A stretch of DNA of 64,000 nucleotides, from the NCBI RefSeq assembly GCF_009914755.1, contig NC_060940.1; one strand, 5' to 3'. Every line of letters begins with the position of its first letter. Position 1 is the first letter of the stretch. The position numbers and the translations under genes were made by a program. Positions 14,253 through 27,934 of this stretch are shown piece after piece. The DNA comes from the human T2T-CHM13v2.0 reference genome, Homo sapiens. The notes under the pieces were generated by a model. The model saw nothing but the letters and a program-made list of their open reading frames with translations, was not told the origin of the DNA and made no database searches.

Positions 14253-15728
14253 TCAGCTGTCATTGATTTCTATGCAAATAAGCACAGCTGATGTCCATAT
14301 AGACATAAATAATTATATTTCTGACAGTGGGTCCATATGATCTTCAAAATGTAAAATGCCTATCTGTGTAATTCACTGGTCAGTCTCATTAATGAATATA
14401 GATTCAATTCTACTTTCTTGTTCTAGATAAATTATATAATCTAGCTTTTCATTTCACTTATTTACTGATAACAACAGGAAGAATGACAACATATCTATCT
14501 TGGAAAATTACTCTGGTAGGAGTAAAGATGAAACAATGATAAAATTGCACGGAAAACCAGAAAAAAGTATGGTCTTCTGATATTCTATCACATCACACAC
14601 TAAAGGCCTCATAAAACTAAGATATTTTATCTAAAAATATTATTTTCATCATAGGAATGATCAAAGCATGAGACCACAATTGTATTAAAATGTGCTTGTA
14701 TCACAAGCACAGGTGCTATAAAGGAGGGGAAAACATCATTACTGATATTTTCAACGTATGTTTTACTTTTCATCAACATGAACCTCAACTTGATATGATG
14801 CAGATTGAAGGAAATCACCCATAATTCCATAAGAAGAAGGCCTGTGATATTTTATTGGAAAATAAATAGAGAAAATGCTAACAGAAACCCTATTAAGCCT
14901 GAAGATTTATGGAGCAAATGCAAACCCAGTGGTGAAAGATATACACTCGAGTTCTGTTTGTTGTCTTGGAACAATACGGCTTAGAGGTGACTAGCGGATG
15001 AGGAGAACATATGCGAGTTCACCAAAGAGAAAAGCTGAATGAGGCAATGCCTCTTCCTGACCGTATCTCTTACTCAGATAACTATATAATTTATTGTCCA
15101 GTAAAGGGTATATTAAAAAATCATATTAAAAGTCATGCAGTGAAGTTGTCCAGGGAAATCAAGACTTAACAGTCTCACTCTGACAATAATGAACAGGGGG
15201 ATTCCCTCAAGATAGACTAGGACATGACCCCACACTGGCAGGTAGTAGTACCAGAAAAGAACCCATGGAAAATCTTTACCTTACGCTTAAGGTAGGGACC
15301 GGGCTAAAGTGAAAGCCAGACCTAAAATTATATCCAAAATAAATCCACAATCGAAGAAAATATGTGGTGTACAGGCATAGAATGTCTTTACTGGATCATT
15401 GAAATAGTAAGATAAATTCAACTTTTTACATGGTTTTCTTTTCCTCCAGTTAGGGCTTGAGGTTTGTCTCTGGAGAGTGACTGTCAATTGGAGCCCTGCC
15501 TTTCTGGGGTTCTGGTCAGGGGGTTGTGGATGCTTAACATGTGCCTTTCACAGGACACTTCCTTACCCCAGCAGTAGCCAGGTGTGCATCCCACGACCAG
15601 GCCTCCCTCTCACAGAACATCTGTTGAGATTAGGAGATGCCTGGTGACTGTCGCCTGACCTGTGTCCTGTGTATTTCTGACAAGGGCCACTCTCAGAGAC
15701 CCTGGCCAGGAGGAGAGTTAGGTTCCAG

Positions 15729-16560
15729 TGTAGGTCAGCTCAGACCCATGGAGGCCACAGAACCAAACATGGGAAATCACAGAAGTAGGTTTATTACTCA
15801 CAGATCCAGAGAGAAGAGGGTAGCTGAGAAGAGGGTTTAGCTGTGTCCCCAGCCAAATCTCATCTTGAATTCCCACATATTGTGGGAGGGAACAGGTGGG
15901 AGGTAATTGAATCATGGGGGCAGGTCTTTCCCATGCTATTCTTCTGATAGTGAATATGTCTCACAAGATCTGATGGTTTTATAAAGGGGAGTTTCCCTGC
16001 ACAAGCTCTCTTGTTTGTCTGCTGCCATGTGAGACATGCCTTTCACCCTGTGCCATGATTGTGAGGCCTACCCAGCCATGTGGAACTGTGCATCTATTAA
16101 ACCTCTTTCTTCTGGAAACTACCCAGTCTTGGGCATGTGTTTACCGGCAGTGTGAAAATAGACTAATACAGTAGCACACCTCATAGGGCTGAACAAAATG
16201 GGGAAGATGAGTGGGGAGCAGGAGAGAGAAAAGGGGTCTGTGGGACTCCAGCCTTTATTGAGCCCAGAACATTACCCAAATGAGTTTTCCATGGGGCACT
16301 AGTCGGTGGGGTGAGTGCCAGCAGTCACATTTCTTGACTCCCGCTGCAACCGAGCAGGTCACTCTGGCTTGTAGGGGCTGTCCATGTGTGCTGTGAAGTC
16401 TGTGGGGTGAGTCAGGTAGGTTGTATCCAACCGTTCCATAGCTGGTAGTCACCAGGAGGAGGCAACTGTGTAGGGTCAATATCTGGGCCAGCCACACTGA
16501 GGAACTGTGAGGGTTAGAACTGGAAATTGTCAAGGGAATCTGAACCCAGCTACCATATGA
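15729..16560. mobile_element. Old LTR of unresolved family hosting the THE1 insertion
   Basis: agtaggtttattactcacagatccagagag...ccagcctttattgag pattern typical of old ERVL LTRs; continuous across the THE1 TSD. Boundaries approximate. Confidence 0.4.
15825..16170 (+). mobile_element. THE1 solo LTR (MaLR, THE1A/B-like)
   Basis: ggtttagctgtgtccccagccaaatctcatcttgaattcccac...gactaataca; TG...CA ends; 5-bp TSD GTAGC at 15820-15824 and 16171-16175. Confidence 0.93.
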
Positions 16561-18455
16561 GAGAGTTCAACTTATGTTCAATGTGAATGCCATGGCAATA
16601 TTAAAAGATAAGAATTCGCTCCATACGTGCTTGAGGTAAATAGGACAAACCTAGAATTTATGTAAACAGTGAGAAGATTGGATGTGTTTTCCATCACATA
16701 TTTTAATACTAGCAGCATATTATATATGTCAATCCATCAGGCATTAAAAAATACATGCTTATGAAAATTTTTTGCACCATCAGACAAAAGACAAAGGTAG
16801 AAGACATTTGTAACCCTATACACACTAGTAAATTAAAAACAGAAGGACCTTTATGTCCTAACATATCTGTGTTGTGAAAGGCTGCCCTGTGAAATACGGG
16901 ATTTCTTAAACATATTTTAAAAATCATAGGTGTCAATATTTTTTAGAAATCCACTTAAATTTTCTCTTGCTATGTTACAATGTCTATTTATTTACTTAGT
17001 GGCTCTGCTGATTTTGATGTATATCCTAAACTTTACATTTTCTTTAAAGGATGTTTTATACAACTTTATGTAAAATGTTTCAGTATCTTCACATACTCTC
17101 CCTGTCCTTTTGTTTTGCTCTTATATGGTGGTCTTGAGTCTTTTCTCTGCCTTTTCAAACCTAGCAAGACTAACACACTAAAGGAACTTTGCCCGTGGTT
17201 TGCTAATGCCTTCTAAAGCACATCCTAAGCTCTCGTGCATACAGGGGTCTCCTTTGAGCTCTGTGCTTTTGAGATCCCATATACCTAAATTCCAGTACTC
17301 CAAATCAGTACTGCTCAGTTTTAGTGACTAAGTTCAAAAATGTATTTTAATAGCAAGTTAGTTTAGTGCACTCTTGCTTCTTTCTTGACTGCTTTTATAC
17401 ATGTATATTCCTTTAAAGAATGCTGGAATTTATTTAAAAATTTTAAGTTATACTAATGAAACTGTATATTGTTGTGAATTCATAAGTGAATTTGGAACGA
17501 ATTTGTCTGTATGATACTAAATCCTCTTTATCCAAGAATCATATGTGTCTTTATATTTATTCCAGTCTATATTTATATCACTGAGTAAATATATAGAAAA
17601 GTAGATACATACAGCTGTAGTTATAGATACAAATATAGATAAAACATTTTAAATCTATATCTAGCCCATATAACATATATACATGTTATATGTGTGTGTG
17701 TATATATATATATGTTTATGTTATTAAAGAGCTCCCTTAAAATTTTCCTTTTATTTCCTATATAATTTTAGGTCGAGCTTGAATTTTCCTTGTTTAGACA
17801 TTGTATCTTATTTTAGCATTGAATATTTTCACAATTAGTATAAATATTATCTAATATTTATAATGTACCTGTTAAAAATATTTAAAATTTTACCTTTGAA
17901 TTATTTTATTGTTGAATTAAAATTCCTTTAATATGATAGTAAATTTCTATATTATGCTTTCTCTATGCATATGCAAATTAATCTATCCACTTCTCTATCT
18001 CTATGTAGTAACATATTAAAATCAGGCCTCTCTTCTTCTAATGGACATACACATGTTTGCATATAGAATATCGGACTCTTTATAGCATTTAAAATCTTTA
18101 AAGAAATGAATATTGCTTTTTAACAAATATATTTTAGCATGTACTGAGAATCCCCTATTTATTTTTAATTTGGGCTAATCAATATGATTATTAATATTAT
18201 TGGATTACCAAATTTGGAAACACACTTTCTTCCCCAAGGTGGATATTTGTTTTATTTTTTTTGCCAATTTCTTGTCTTACTGTTTCAAATATTGTTGGAT
18301 ATTATTTTTATTTTATTTGGCATTTTAGTATCAACATTTGTAATTGATGTACTCTACATGTTTTTTCTTCAATATCTGGTGGGTTTTATAATTACTGCTA
18401 TATTGGATTTGTAGTAGACATTGACAAATTTATTCCTGTATGTTTTATAGCTGTA

Positions 18456-18998
18456 TGAAGGAAACTAATATATTTTACCCCTAAATATATTTCCTTGATA
18501 TATTTCAAAATGGATATTGAGAAGGGCTGGAAATGCAAACTTAGCTGCAAAGCTGTCTTGGGGAGATTTGCATAGGTAGATAATCTGCCTTGATGCAGCC
18601 AGGCTTTCTCTGAGGTCTGCCCCCTTGTCTGGATCTAGGAAAGCTTAAATGAGAGTCTGAGGTCTCTAAAGGTCTGAAAGAAACATTTTCTGTCTATTTT
18701 CTCTGAGGACTGCTCCCAGTGAGGTTCCACCTAGGTAATAAGTCCACTGTTGCTAGCCAGGGTCGTTTTCTCACATAACCTTATTTTTTTCCCTGTGATC
18801 CAAGACCCCATTCTTTCTGTAAACTTCATGTGGTAGATAAGCTTCTGCACTCATCGTGTGTCTGTGTCTTCATTCTAAGGGCTCCGGTGTACACACATTG
18901 CAGAATCCTGTATGCCTTTTCTATTATTTACCTGCCTCCTATTAGTGATTTTCAGGGAAACTTCAGAAGGCAACAGGGACATTCTCCTTTAGCCCATT
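18456..18998 (+). mobile_element. ERV1 solo LTR, MER39/MER34-like
   Basis: tgaaggaaactaatatattttacccctaaatata...ctgcaaagctgtcttggggagatttgcat...gatgcagccaggctttctctgagg...ggatctaggaaag...aaaggtctgaaagaaacattt. Confidence 0.7.
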
Positions 18999-19203
18999 CT
19001 CAGACAAAACCCCCCAACATTTAACTGATTCCTAGTAGCTTAAAATCACTTTGAAAAATCCATATATTTATAACCTTTTCTTTCCTCTATGATTTCTGGT
19101 CAGCTTGGGTTTTGATTTTCATTCCATTTACTTCATCCTCGAAAAGATCTATTTTAAGTCTATTTGTTCTCATTTATGGACATTGAGAAAAAAACAACTT
19201 TCA

Positions 19204-19634
19204 TGTGAGAAATGCAAGTCCTTTTAAATAATCAGGCCCAGAGAGATATTCAAATGAGACAGCAGTTCTGTCCTGCTCCTCTTTGAGCTGTGTGTTCATC
19301 TAGGCTGCTTGCTGTTGCCACAGGAGCTATAAATTAACCAATAACGCCACACCAGACCCTATAATCCACACCCCATAATAGTGTAACAGTGTATAGCCAG
19401 TCACTAATAAATGTTATTTCCATAAGCCAATGAGAATTTGTGACAAACCTCTTTGCATCATCCCACTTCTGGACCCTTTTTTGCCTTTAAGAAACTGCTT
19501 GTTGCAAAGCTCCAAAGGGAGTTCATATCCAAGGATACTTGGGTCTGTTTCTTCCAGGCAGCTGTCCTCATTTTGGCTCAAGTAAACTCTTTGAATTACA
19601 TTTTGTGCTTTAGCCCCTTCCACTTAGATTAACA
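19204..19634 (+). mobile_element. ERV1 (MER4-group) solo LTR, subfamily unresolved
   Basis: TG...CA ends, CCAAT, tttgcctttaagaa, cagctgtcctcattttggctcaagtaaactctttgaatt (typical LTR R/U5 motif). Confidence 0.6.
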
Positions 19635-19748
19635 ACATGGATTTGTGTCACCATGTACAGCAATTAAAATGTTTACACTTTTCCCCTCGAGGGCACTGAT
19701 GTGTTTTCCTAAACACTTGGAATAGCTACATAGTGTTCCTGTCTATAT

Positions 19749-19940
19749 TATGGTTTCTGAACCTTGGTGCTACTTACCTTTAGGACCAGAGGATTCTTTG
19801 TTGTGGGAGACTGGCCTAGCAATGCTAAGTGTTTCGTTTGACCTCTAAGTTTCACACCTCCACCAGTCTTGACATCCCCACAATAACCCTAGACTTTGAC
19901 AAATGTCTCCTGGGGAAAACTCTCCACCAGTTGACAGCCA
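19749..19940 (-). mobile_element. MER20 (hAT-Charlie) DNA transposon remnant
   Basis: ggtttctgaaccttggtgctact...attctttgttgtggg...gactttgacaaatgtctcctggggaaaactctcc matches the reverse complement of MER20. Confidence 0.7.
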
Positions 19941-20645
19941 AAGTTATGGAAATATTGGAATTGCCAATTGAGATTTTATGTAATCCAAAACAAATACTTT
20001 TCTTTGTTTTTAAGCATCTACTTCCATCTACTTATCTACTTATTTTTACTTTTATTTGTAACTTAATTCCATCAAGGAGAGAGAGTGCATTTTCTGTTAT
20101 GCTAAAGTTTTGAAGAATGTATTGATTTTTTATGACATGATATATGGATGATATGTAGATATTACATCTTTGCATTATCAAATTTCAGGGCGATAATAAA
20201 ATAAATACTTATAATATTTATATTGTCACTGTATATTAGTTATTTTCTTTCTTCACTACAGGAGTTTTTCAACCTATAGGCTATTTTTCAATTCTAGGTT
20301 ATACAGTAGATTTTGAAATGTTATGATTAAATATCTACTTCTCAAGCATTCATCTTTGCAAATGAAACAATCCCAAGCTCTTATAATGTACATCATATAA
20401 AGGCCAGATTAGTCAATATGTGGTTCAGAAATAGTCATGTAATATTTATAAGAAAATTAAAAATTTAGATACTTAACTCAGATAACAATAATCCAAATTA
20501 AAATTTGATTTCATTACATAATTTAAAATGACACCAGAATACTAGTAAAAATATAGATAATTTTATATAATCTTTTTTAGCTATAGGACTTTATTAGCAT
20601 AAATTCAAATACATTAACCGAAGTAAGACTGAGACCTATAGTCAA

Positions 20646-21024
20646 AAGAAAATGTGGCACATACACACCATGGGATACTTTGCAGCCATAAAAATGATGA
20701 GTTCATATCCTTTGTAGGGACATGGATGATATTGGAAATCATCATTCTCAGTGAACTATCGCAAGAACAAAAAACCAAATACCGCATATTCTCACTCACA
20801 GGTGGGAATTGAACAATGAGATCACATGGACACAGGAAGGGGAATGTCACACTCTGGGGACTGTGGTGGGGTTGGGGGAGCGGGGATGGATAGCATTGGA
20901 AGATATACCTAATGCTAGATGACGAGTTAGTGGGTGCAGCACACCAGCATGGCACATGAATACATATGTAACTAACCTGCACAATGTGCACATGTACCCT
21001 AAAACTTAAATTGTAATAAAAAAA
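20646..21024 (+). mobile_element. 5'-truncated L1PA2-like 3' end (ORF2 C-terminus and 3' UTR)
   Basis: aagaaaatgtggcacata...gagatcacatggacacaggaagggg...gtggtgggg...gctagatgacgagttagtgggtgcagc...cacaatgtgcacatgtaccctaaaacttaaa; short A tail; GAG rather than ACA/ACG at the L1HS-diagnostic site. Confidence 0.9.
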
Positions 21025-22170
21025 CAGGAATTAATGAAGGTAGCACCTACTTTTCAAAGAGCGCATTTTTTTCACAGACCTATTAAATAAGACAAATAAC
21101 ATTTAAACTTTATTTTTAAATTTGCAGAATAGTAGTTTTCAGCAGATGGTTTATTTTAGCAAATTCCACCTTCACATTGTGCTATGCTTTTAAGAGTTCC
21201 AGCTGTTAACGGATTATATTTTACCGCTGAAAATATCATGTGTGATATAATTGCTCATTATGTGCCTTAAAACACAAACAATATAATTATTTTCAACTTG
21301 CAGCAAATTAAAGTCTTATCAGCAATTTAAAAACTCTAGAGTCGTCTTCTGGTTATTTTAAACTTGTATTTTTCTCTTTATGTTTTTAGTGAGTTGTCTT
21401 ATCAAGGAGAAGAACTCAAGGTGATTATTCTTTTTTTTCTCTTCCATCCACCTCGCACGTGTGTTAATAATTTCATTTCTCAGAAAATGTTCTTTCATAT
21501 CCATCTTACAAAATGAGAGACCTTTTAACATCTTCCATTCGGATGTGATACCAGTAATGGAAAATATTCCAGCTTCATGAATATGGTGATACAAATAGTT
21601 ATCCGTCTAACCTCTTTCAGTGCCAAATGTTTACTTTACTCAGTGAATTACTCAGTTGACTGGTAAGTTCTTCTGAAATCACTAATGAGAGGATCAGAAG
21701 TCTGGCTGTTTTCTGTACCACATATGACTCCCATTGCAGACAATTGTTTCTATGGAGCACAGACAGTTGAAAGGATTGACTTCCTGCCTAGAATAGTTTC
21801 TGCTGTGCTTCTTATCCTTCTTGTGGAGATTTCAGATTATCTGAATTGCTTTTCTATCTTAAGAAAAAACGGAACAATTCTGCTACCTGAGAGGAATGTA
21901 AACTGTAGTAAGTTAGCAGAACCAATCCGTAAAGTTTTTAAATTGTTTGTTGCAAAATGCAGCGCTGGTGTCTCCATCACTAATATTTTCTATCCCTCAT
22001 TGCTCTTTCTTTGACTGCAATAGGATATCTCTAGGCAAATCTGTATTCCCGAGACAGAGTGCCATTTTGTTGAGCTATAAGCACACTCAATGGTAGGCTG
22101 AAATACTACCTTTTATCTATGGCGAAATGGAATCATATCAGTGATTTTTTTAAAAAGGAAATTTAATTCT

Positions 22171-22330
22171 TGCTATGGTTTGAATGTTTGCCCCTTCCAA
22201 TCTCATGTTAAAATTTGATTCCCAATGTTGCAGGTGGGGCTTACTGGGAGGTGTTTGTTCACGTCTTTGGACCTTCATGAATGGACAATACCCTCCTTTA
22301 GAAATCTAAAGCTATCCTCCTTCCTTGGTG
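22171..22330 (+). mobile_element. MST-type MaLR LTR 5' fragment
   Basis: tgctatggtttgaatgtttgcccc...ctcatgttaaaatttgattcccaatgttgcaggtggggc...gggaggtgtttg. Confidence 0.75.
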
Positions 22331-23184
22331 CCTCAGGAATAAGTGTACCTTTCTTTATTCACCTATATTCCCCCCACCCACGCTTTTTGAGATATTAATT
22401 ACATGTATGTTACACTGCTGCATATTGTCTGACGTATCAGTGAGTTTCTGGCTTTCTTATTTTAGTTTACCCTTTGTCCTTTAGTTTGTAAAACTTCTAT
22501 TTTTTTCTATAAATTTTCTGAAGTTAGGGTAAAATCCATTACTTATTCTATCTCATGGAATTTTTATTTCAAATATTTATTTTTCATCTATACATGTCAC
22601 ATTTTTCATTTTATAACTTCTATTTTTCTCCTATGTTCAAATTTCTTTTAAGTACCTTGACATATATATATGTATTTATCTATATGTATTTATAAAATAT
22701 ATTTACTTTAAGGACCTTGAAATTTCCTTCTTCTCTGTCATTTATAAATGACTTATTTTTATCCTGTTAATATATGTCTTAATTATATATATCTTGTGGC
22801 TTCTTTGCATGTCAGAGTTTTTTTTGGGTATTTTGATGTTATGCTATTGAATATCTAGATTTTATTGGCTACCTTTGAACAATGTTGTGGCAGGCATTTC
22901 AGTAACTTCAGGATGAGTATTTGTCTGTTGTTGTTTTAAATCTTCTCTTTAAACTTTGTGGAGTTAGTCTAGGGCCATCTGTAATTTGGAGGTAAATGAG
23001 CACTGTTACTAGGGCATGAACCTCCAGTGGTCTTTACTGAATATCCTGGAGGTACAGAGGGGATTCCCTTCTCTGATTAGAATTTGGAATATAAAGAGAA
23101 AAGAGAAAAATAGAAAGCTACGCATAAACACTTTCTTTAAAATGAATTTTATGTGGGCTTTTTCATGAAAATGTTCCTAAGGTA

Positions 23185-23415
23185 TTTTATTTTTTTATTG
23201 TGGTAAAATACACATAACATAAAATGTACTCTGTTAACCATTTTAAGTGTACAGTTCAGTGGTACTAAATATAGTCATAATATTGTGCAACCGTCCCTAC
23301 CATCCATCTCCATAATTCGTTTCATCTTGTAAAACTGAAACTCTATACCCATTAAACAATACTTCCCCATTTCTTCCTCCCCCCAGCTTCTGACAACCAT
23401 CATTGTACCATCTGT
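23185..23415 (-). mobile_element. L1MB-type 3' end fragment
   Basis: ttttattgtggtaaaatacacataacataaaat...taaccattttaagtgtacagttcagtgg...aaactgaaactctatacccattaaacaat. Confidence 0.8.
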
Positions 23416-25039
23416 ATAATGCTAATCAAGCATAGTGTCTGTGTTGCTTGCTTCCTCTAGTCCACAGGTAGCATACAAATGTAATAAACTACTTATTCAT
23501 GTCACATCTATTTATTTTCTGCCGTATACCAAGCTTGTGGGATTCCCTTAAACACAACATTTTTATACTTACACCTATGCAATACCCATTAGCATCGCCT
23601 TCCTAAATCAGGGGAAATTGAGCCTCTGTAAGGTGGAGTAACTTCCTAAGATATAAAACTCAGCATTGATGTCTGTATACTTCAATATCCTGCCCTCTTC
23701 TCATTTGTCTTTACTGCCTTTTATGTATGAGTTAGATGTTCAATCAACTATCTTTTTTAAACTGAATTTAAGCCGTGGAGCAGTGTTTTGTTAACAATAA
23801 ATATGATATAGGACACTCTTCCTCCCTGTTATTTATGATCCTGTTCATGAGAAAGAGAAATTCTTTATTTGTGCTAGAAGCTTAAAATAATGAAAATGCC
23901 ACTTTCTACATTAAACAGAAACTGAAGGGAATCAAGGTGAATTGCATGAGACACAGAAAACAAGTGGGACAGAAATCTAGTATAATTTGCCCGTTGTGTA
24001 CCTTTATTATTTAGCGATTGAGTAAATGATTCCCCCAAATATCTTCCCCTCTTAATTCATGTCTCTAAAGTAGACATTTATGTCTCACCTTGTCAAGAAG
24101 GGCAAACTCTAACATAAACATTTCCCAAAAATGCTTCCTGCTAAAACGGAAGCTCAGTCTGGTTAGAAATGCAGCTCACTTCATAAAGATTAATTGGTAG
24201 CTAATTTTGCATGCTGTTCTCTGAACTTGAGTGAAACCTGTCCATCAGGCATACAGGGAATGACGGAAAAGGTGACAACAGAAGATGAATGCTATGTCAC
24301 TAACCTTCAAAGATGACCTGGCTTTTCTTTCAAATTCTTGATGTCTTAAGACTTCATTAATTCATCTCTCTTTGTCCTTGGTTCAGCATTGTGCTATGCC
24401 AAAACTCATGTAAAACAATGATTTAATGTAATAAAAATGGCATTTTTCTTTCATGTAAATGCAAGCTAACTGGCATTTTTACAATCCACATATTTCCTTT
24501 GTCAATTTTTCATTCTGTATTGGAAGTAATTGATAGGTTTTTCGAAGGGATGAAGGTGTTTCTGTGTTCATTGTGATCCAAACTATTTTTAGACCTAGGG
24601 GCGTTTGTAAAACAATTTGTGCCAGCTGACCAAGGATCACTGTGGAAGAAAGCAGCAAACTTGCATAAGATGTCACTGCCTCGTAAGTTGGCTTTGAAAA
24701 CTAGGGGCTTACTCTATAGTCTTATGAATCAAAGACATTGATAGATGTATTATAAGATTACAATCATATTTTCCTTTTGACAGTCACATTATAAAACATG
24801 ATGTGTTGCACTTAATCTCAATTAGCTTATCACAATTAAAATTAATAATGTTTATTATTGCTGATAAAAATAATGACTCTCCTATTCTCAAATGTGCAAG
24901 TAATTCTTGTAATTTTAATACAAGTTTGCATATTTTTATTAATTGTTTTAATCTCATTGGATTTGGTTCATGGATCCAATTTTTAAAATATTGATAATGG
25001 GATAATGCCTTGTCTCCCCATTTCATGTACACTAAAAAC

Positions 25040-25365
25040 AAGATTTCTTACAATGGTCTGCAAGCCCATCATGATCTGCCGCATGTTAACCGCCAAAATT
25101 CTTTTATATCTTCACCCTTGATCTTACCCGTGGTCCTGGCCACCTCACTGTCCTCTGGACATACCAACAGGCTGCTGCCTTATGATCAAGACTCTAGTTA
25201 ATTTCTTGACTTGGAAAGATAGCCCTCCATATATTCATTGGTCAGCTCATTCAACTTCCTCAAGTCTTTACTGAAACCTCACATTCTCGATGAGGCCTAT
25301 TCAGTATTTCAAACTGCCTACCAGCTGCAACAGTCCAAAACCCCTTACTCTTCTCTGTATTTCTG
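25040..25365 (+). mobile_element. L2 fragment
   Basis: atggtctgcaagcccatcatgatctg...gctcattcaacttcctcaagtctttactgaaacctcacattctcgatgaggcct resembles L2a. Confidence 0.55.
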
Positions 25366-25366
25366 A

Positions 25367-27920
25367 AAGAATTTATTGAGATATAAATTACATAGTGTAG
25401 AGTGCACACATTAATGTCTACAAGTCAGTGGCTTTTAGTATATGCACAGATAAGTGGAGCCATCATCACAATGAATTTTAGAGCATTTTCATCACTTCAA
25501 AAAGAAACCCCACCTTCTCTAGCTGTTAACCTCCTATGCACCCATCCCCTACTCAATCCTAAGCAACCACAAATCTGTTTTCTGTCTCTATAGATTTTCC
25601 TATTCTGTTTTTATCTAAATAGAATCATACAATAGGTGGCCTTTTCTGCCTGGCTTCTTTCAGTTGGCATAATGCTATCAAGGTTCATGTACGTATTGGT
25701 ACTTTATTTCTTTTTATAACTGTATAACATTCAATTACATGGATATAACATTTTGTTTATAAAATATTATTTTTATTGACATTTGAGTTGTGTTCAGCCT
25801 TTGGCTATTTTAAATACTGCTGCTAAAAATACTTGTGTACAATTTGTGTTTGAACACCTCTTTCCAATAATCTGTGTGTATACCTAGGAATAAATTCCTG
25901 GGTCATATGACAATTCTATGTTTCATATATTTAGAAGCCATCAAATTACTTTCCAAAGTGGCTAGTTCTAGCCATAGAGTATCTAACTGTGGTTTTGATT
26001 TGTAGTTGCCTGATGAGTGATGCTATTGAGTATCTTTTTATGGGATTATTGACCGTTCTTGTATCTTCTTGGGAAACACATCTATTCCTATCATTTATCA
26101 GTTTTAAGTTGGGATATTTGTTACTGAGTTAAAACAATTTTTCTATATTCAAGATACATATATTTATATACGGAGTTATAGGTACGTGTTTTTCAAATAT
26201 CTTCTCACAATTTTTGAGCTGCCTTTTGACTTGCTTGGTTGTCCTTTGAAACACCAATGTCTTTAATTTTTAGAAAATTTTAAATATCTAATTTTTATTT
26301 TGTTGTTCATGTTTTTGGTGTTACAGCTATTCCTTTGCTAGATCCAAAATCCTGAAGATTTTCCCATATGCTTTATTCTAGTTCTCACATGTTTGTCTTT
26401 AATTCATTTGAATTAATATTTTTGTATGCTTTGGGGTAAGGGTTTGAATTTATTATTTTGCAAGTGGTGATCCACGTGTAGGTTGGTGACCCAGTTTGTT
26501 CAAAGACTGTCTCTTCCTCATTGAATTGCACATGACACCCCTGTAAGAATCCATTGACTATAGACACATAGTTTTATATATGGACTCTCAATTCTCTTCC
26601 ATCAATCTATATATTTTTCCTTTATCACTACTGTGTTCTCTTGATTACTTATACTTTGCAGTAAGGTTTGGAGCATGGGGGTGTGAATTATCCTAATATG
26701 TTTCCTTTTTTCAAGATTATTTTGGCTATTTTGAGTCCGTGACAATTCCATGTGTATTTTAGAATCAGCTTGTCAGTTTCTAGACAGAAGTCTGTTGGGA
26801 TACTTGCTGGGATTTCATCAAATCTGTAGTTCAAATTGTAAAGTCCTACAATATTAAATCTTCCAATTCATGGGTGTAAGATGTTTGCTAATTATTTTGA
26901 TATTCTTTAAAAAATAATTTTTAATTTTCAGAGTAAACTCTTGTATCACATTTTCCAAATTAATTATTATTTATTTTATTGATGCTATTTTACATTGAAG
27001 TGTTTTCTTAATTTCATTTTGGGCTTTTCAATGTAGATGTGTGCAACTGATTTTTGTACATTTATCTTGTATGCTGTAATATTGCTGAAATAATTTACTA
27101 GTTCTATTGTTCAATGGATTCCTTACAATTTTCTATATACAAGAATGTTATTTTCAAATAAAGTTTTATTTCTTCCTGTTCAATATGGGTGACTCTTATT
27201 TTTTTAATTGCGGATTTGCCCTGCATAAAATCTTTAGTACAGTATTGACTAGAAGAGGTCAAAGTATATATCCTATTCTTATATCTGACCATAGCAGGAA
27301 AGCATCCTTTACCATTAAGTTGCATGCTTGCTGTTGGCTTCTCACAGGTGCCATGTATCTGGTGTAGAAAGTTCTCTACTCCTGGTTCATTGTGTTTTTA
27401 TTTTTATTTTTAATCATTAAAGCATTTGGATTTTGTTAAAACTCTTTTCCAAATATATCGAGATGATCATGCAATTCTCGTTTCTTATTCTATGGATAAG
27501 ATGTATTACCTTAATGGATTTTGGGCTGTTAAACCAACCTGGGATTACTTGTATAAATTTCACTTTGTCATAGTGTATAATTCTTTTATATGTTGCTAGA
27601 TCTGATTTGTTAGTATTTTTTAAGGAATTTTGCATTTATACTTATAGTAGTTTTATTTTTCTATGCTGTTTGTACTATTTTTTGTGTCAAGGTAACACTG
27701 GCCCCAAAGAATAAATTTGGAAGTGAATATTTCTCTCTTTTAAAAAAGCTAGTCAAGAATTAATATCAATTATTCAACACTAACAAATATTATTATTATA
27801 AATTATTAATTTCTCTAATTTTTATTCTCTTCCTTCTGCTTGCTTTAGGTTTAGTTTGCTATTCTTTCCAGTGCCTTAATGTGGAAGGTCATCTCATCTC
27901 ATCCTTTCCTTTGTCTTTTC
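25367..27920 (-). mobile_element. L1MB-type element (3' UTR plus degraded ORF2), left arm
   Basis: tttattgagatataa...gcaaccacaaatctgttttctgtctctatagattttcctattctg...tttagaatcagcttgtcagtttc...aatcttccaattcatg are antisense L1 3' UTR and RT-region motifs. Confidence 0.8.
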
Positions 27921-27934
27921 ATTTTCTAAACAGT

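Noticed and set aside
20614-20991. 125-aa minus-strand ORF
   Set aside because: Antisense translation of the L1 3' end.
21360-21700. Possible exon or pseudogene fragment in non-repetitive-looking spacer DNA
   Set aside because: Splice-like motifs are present but no recognisable peptide; cannot be supported without transcript data.
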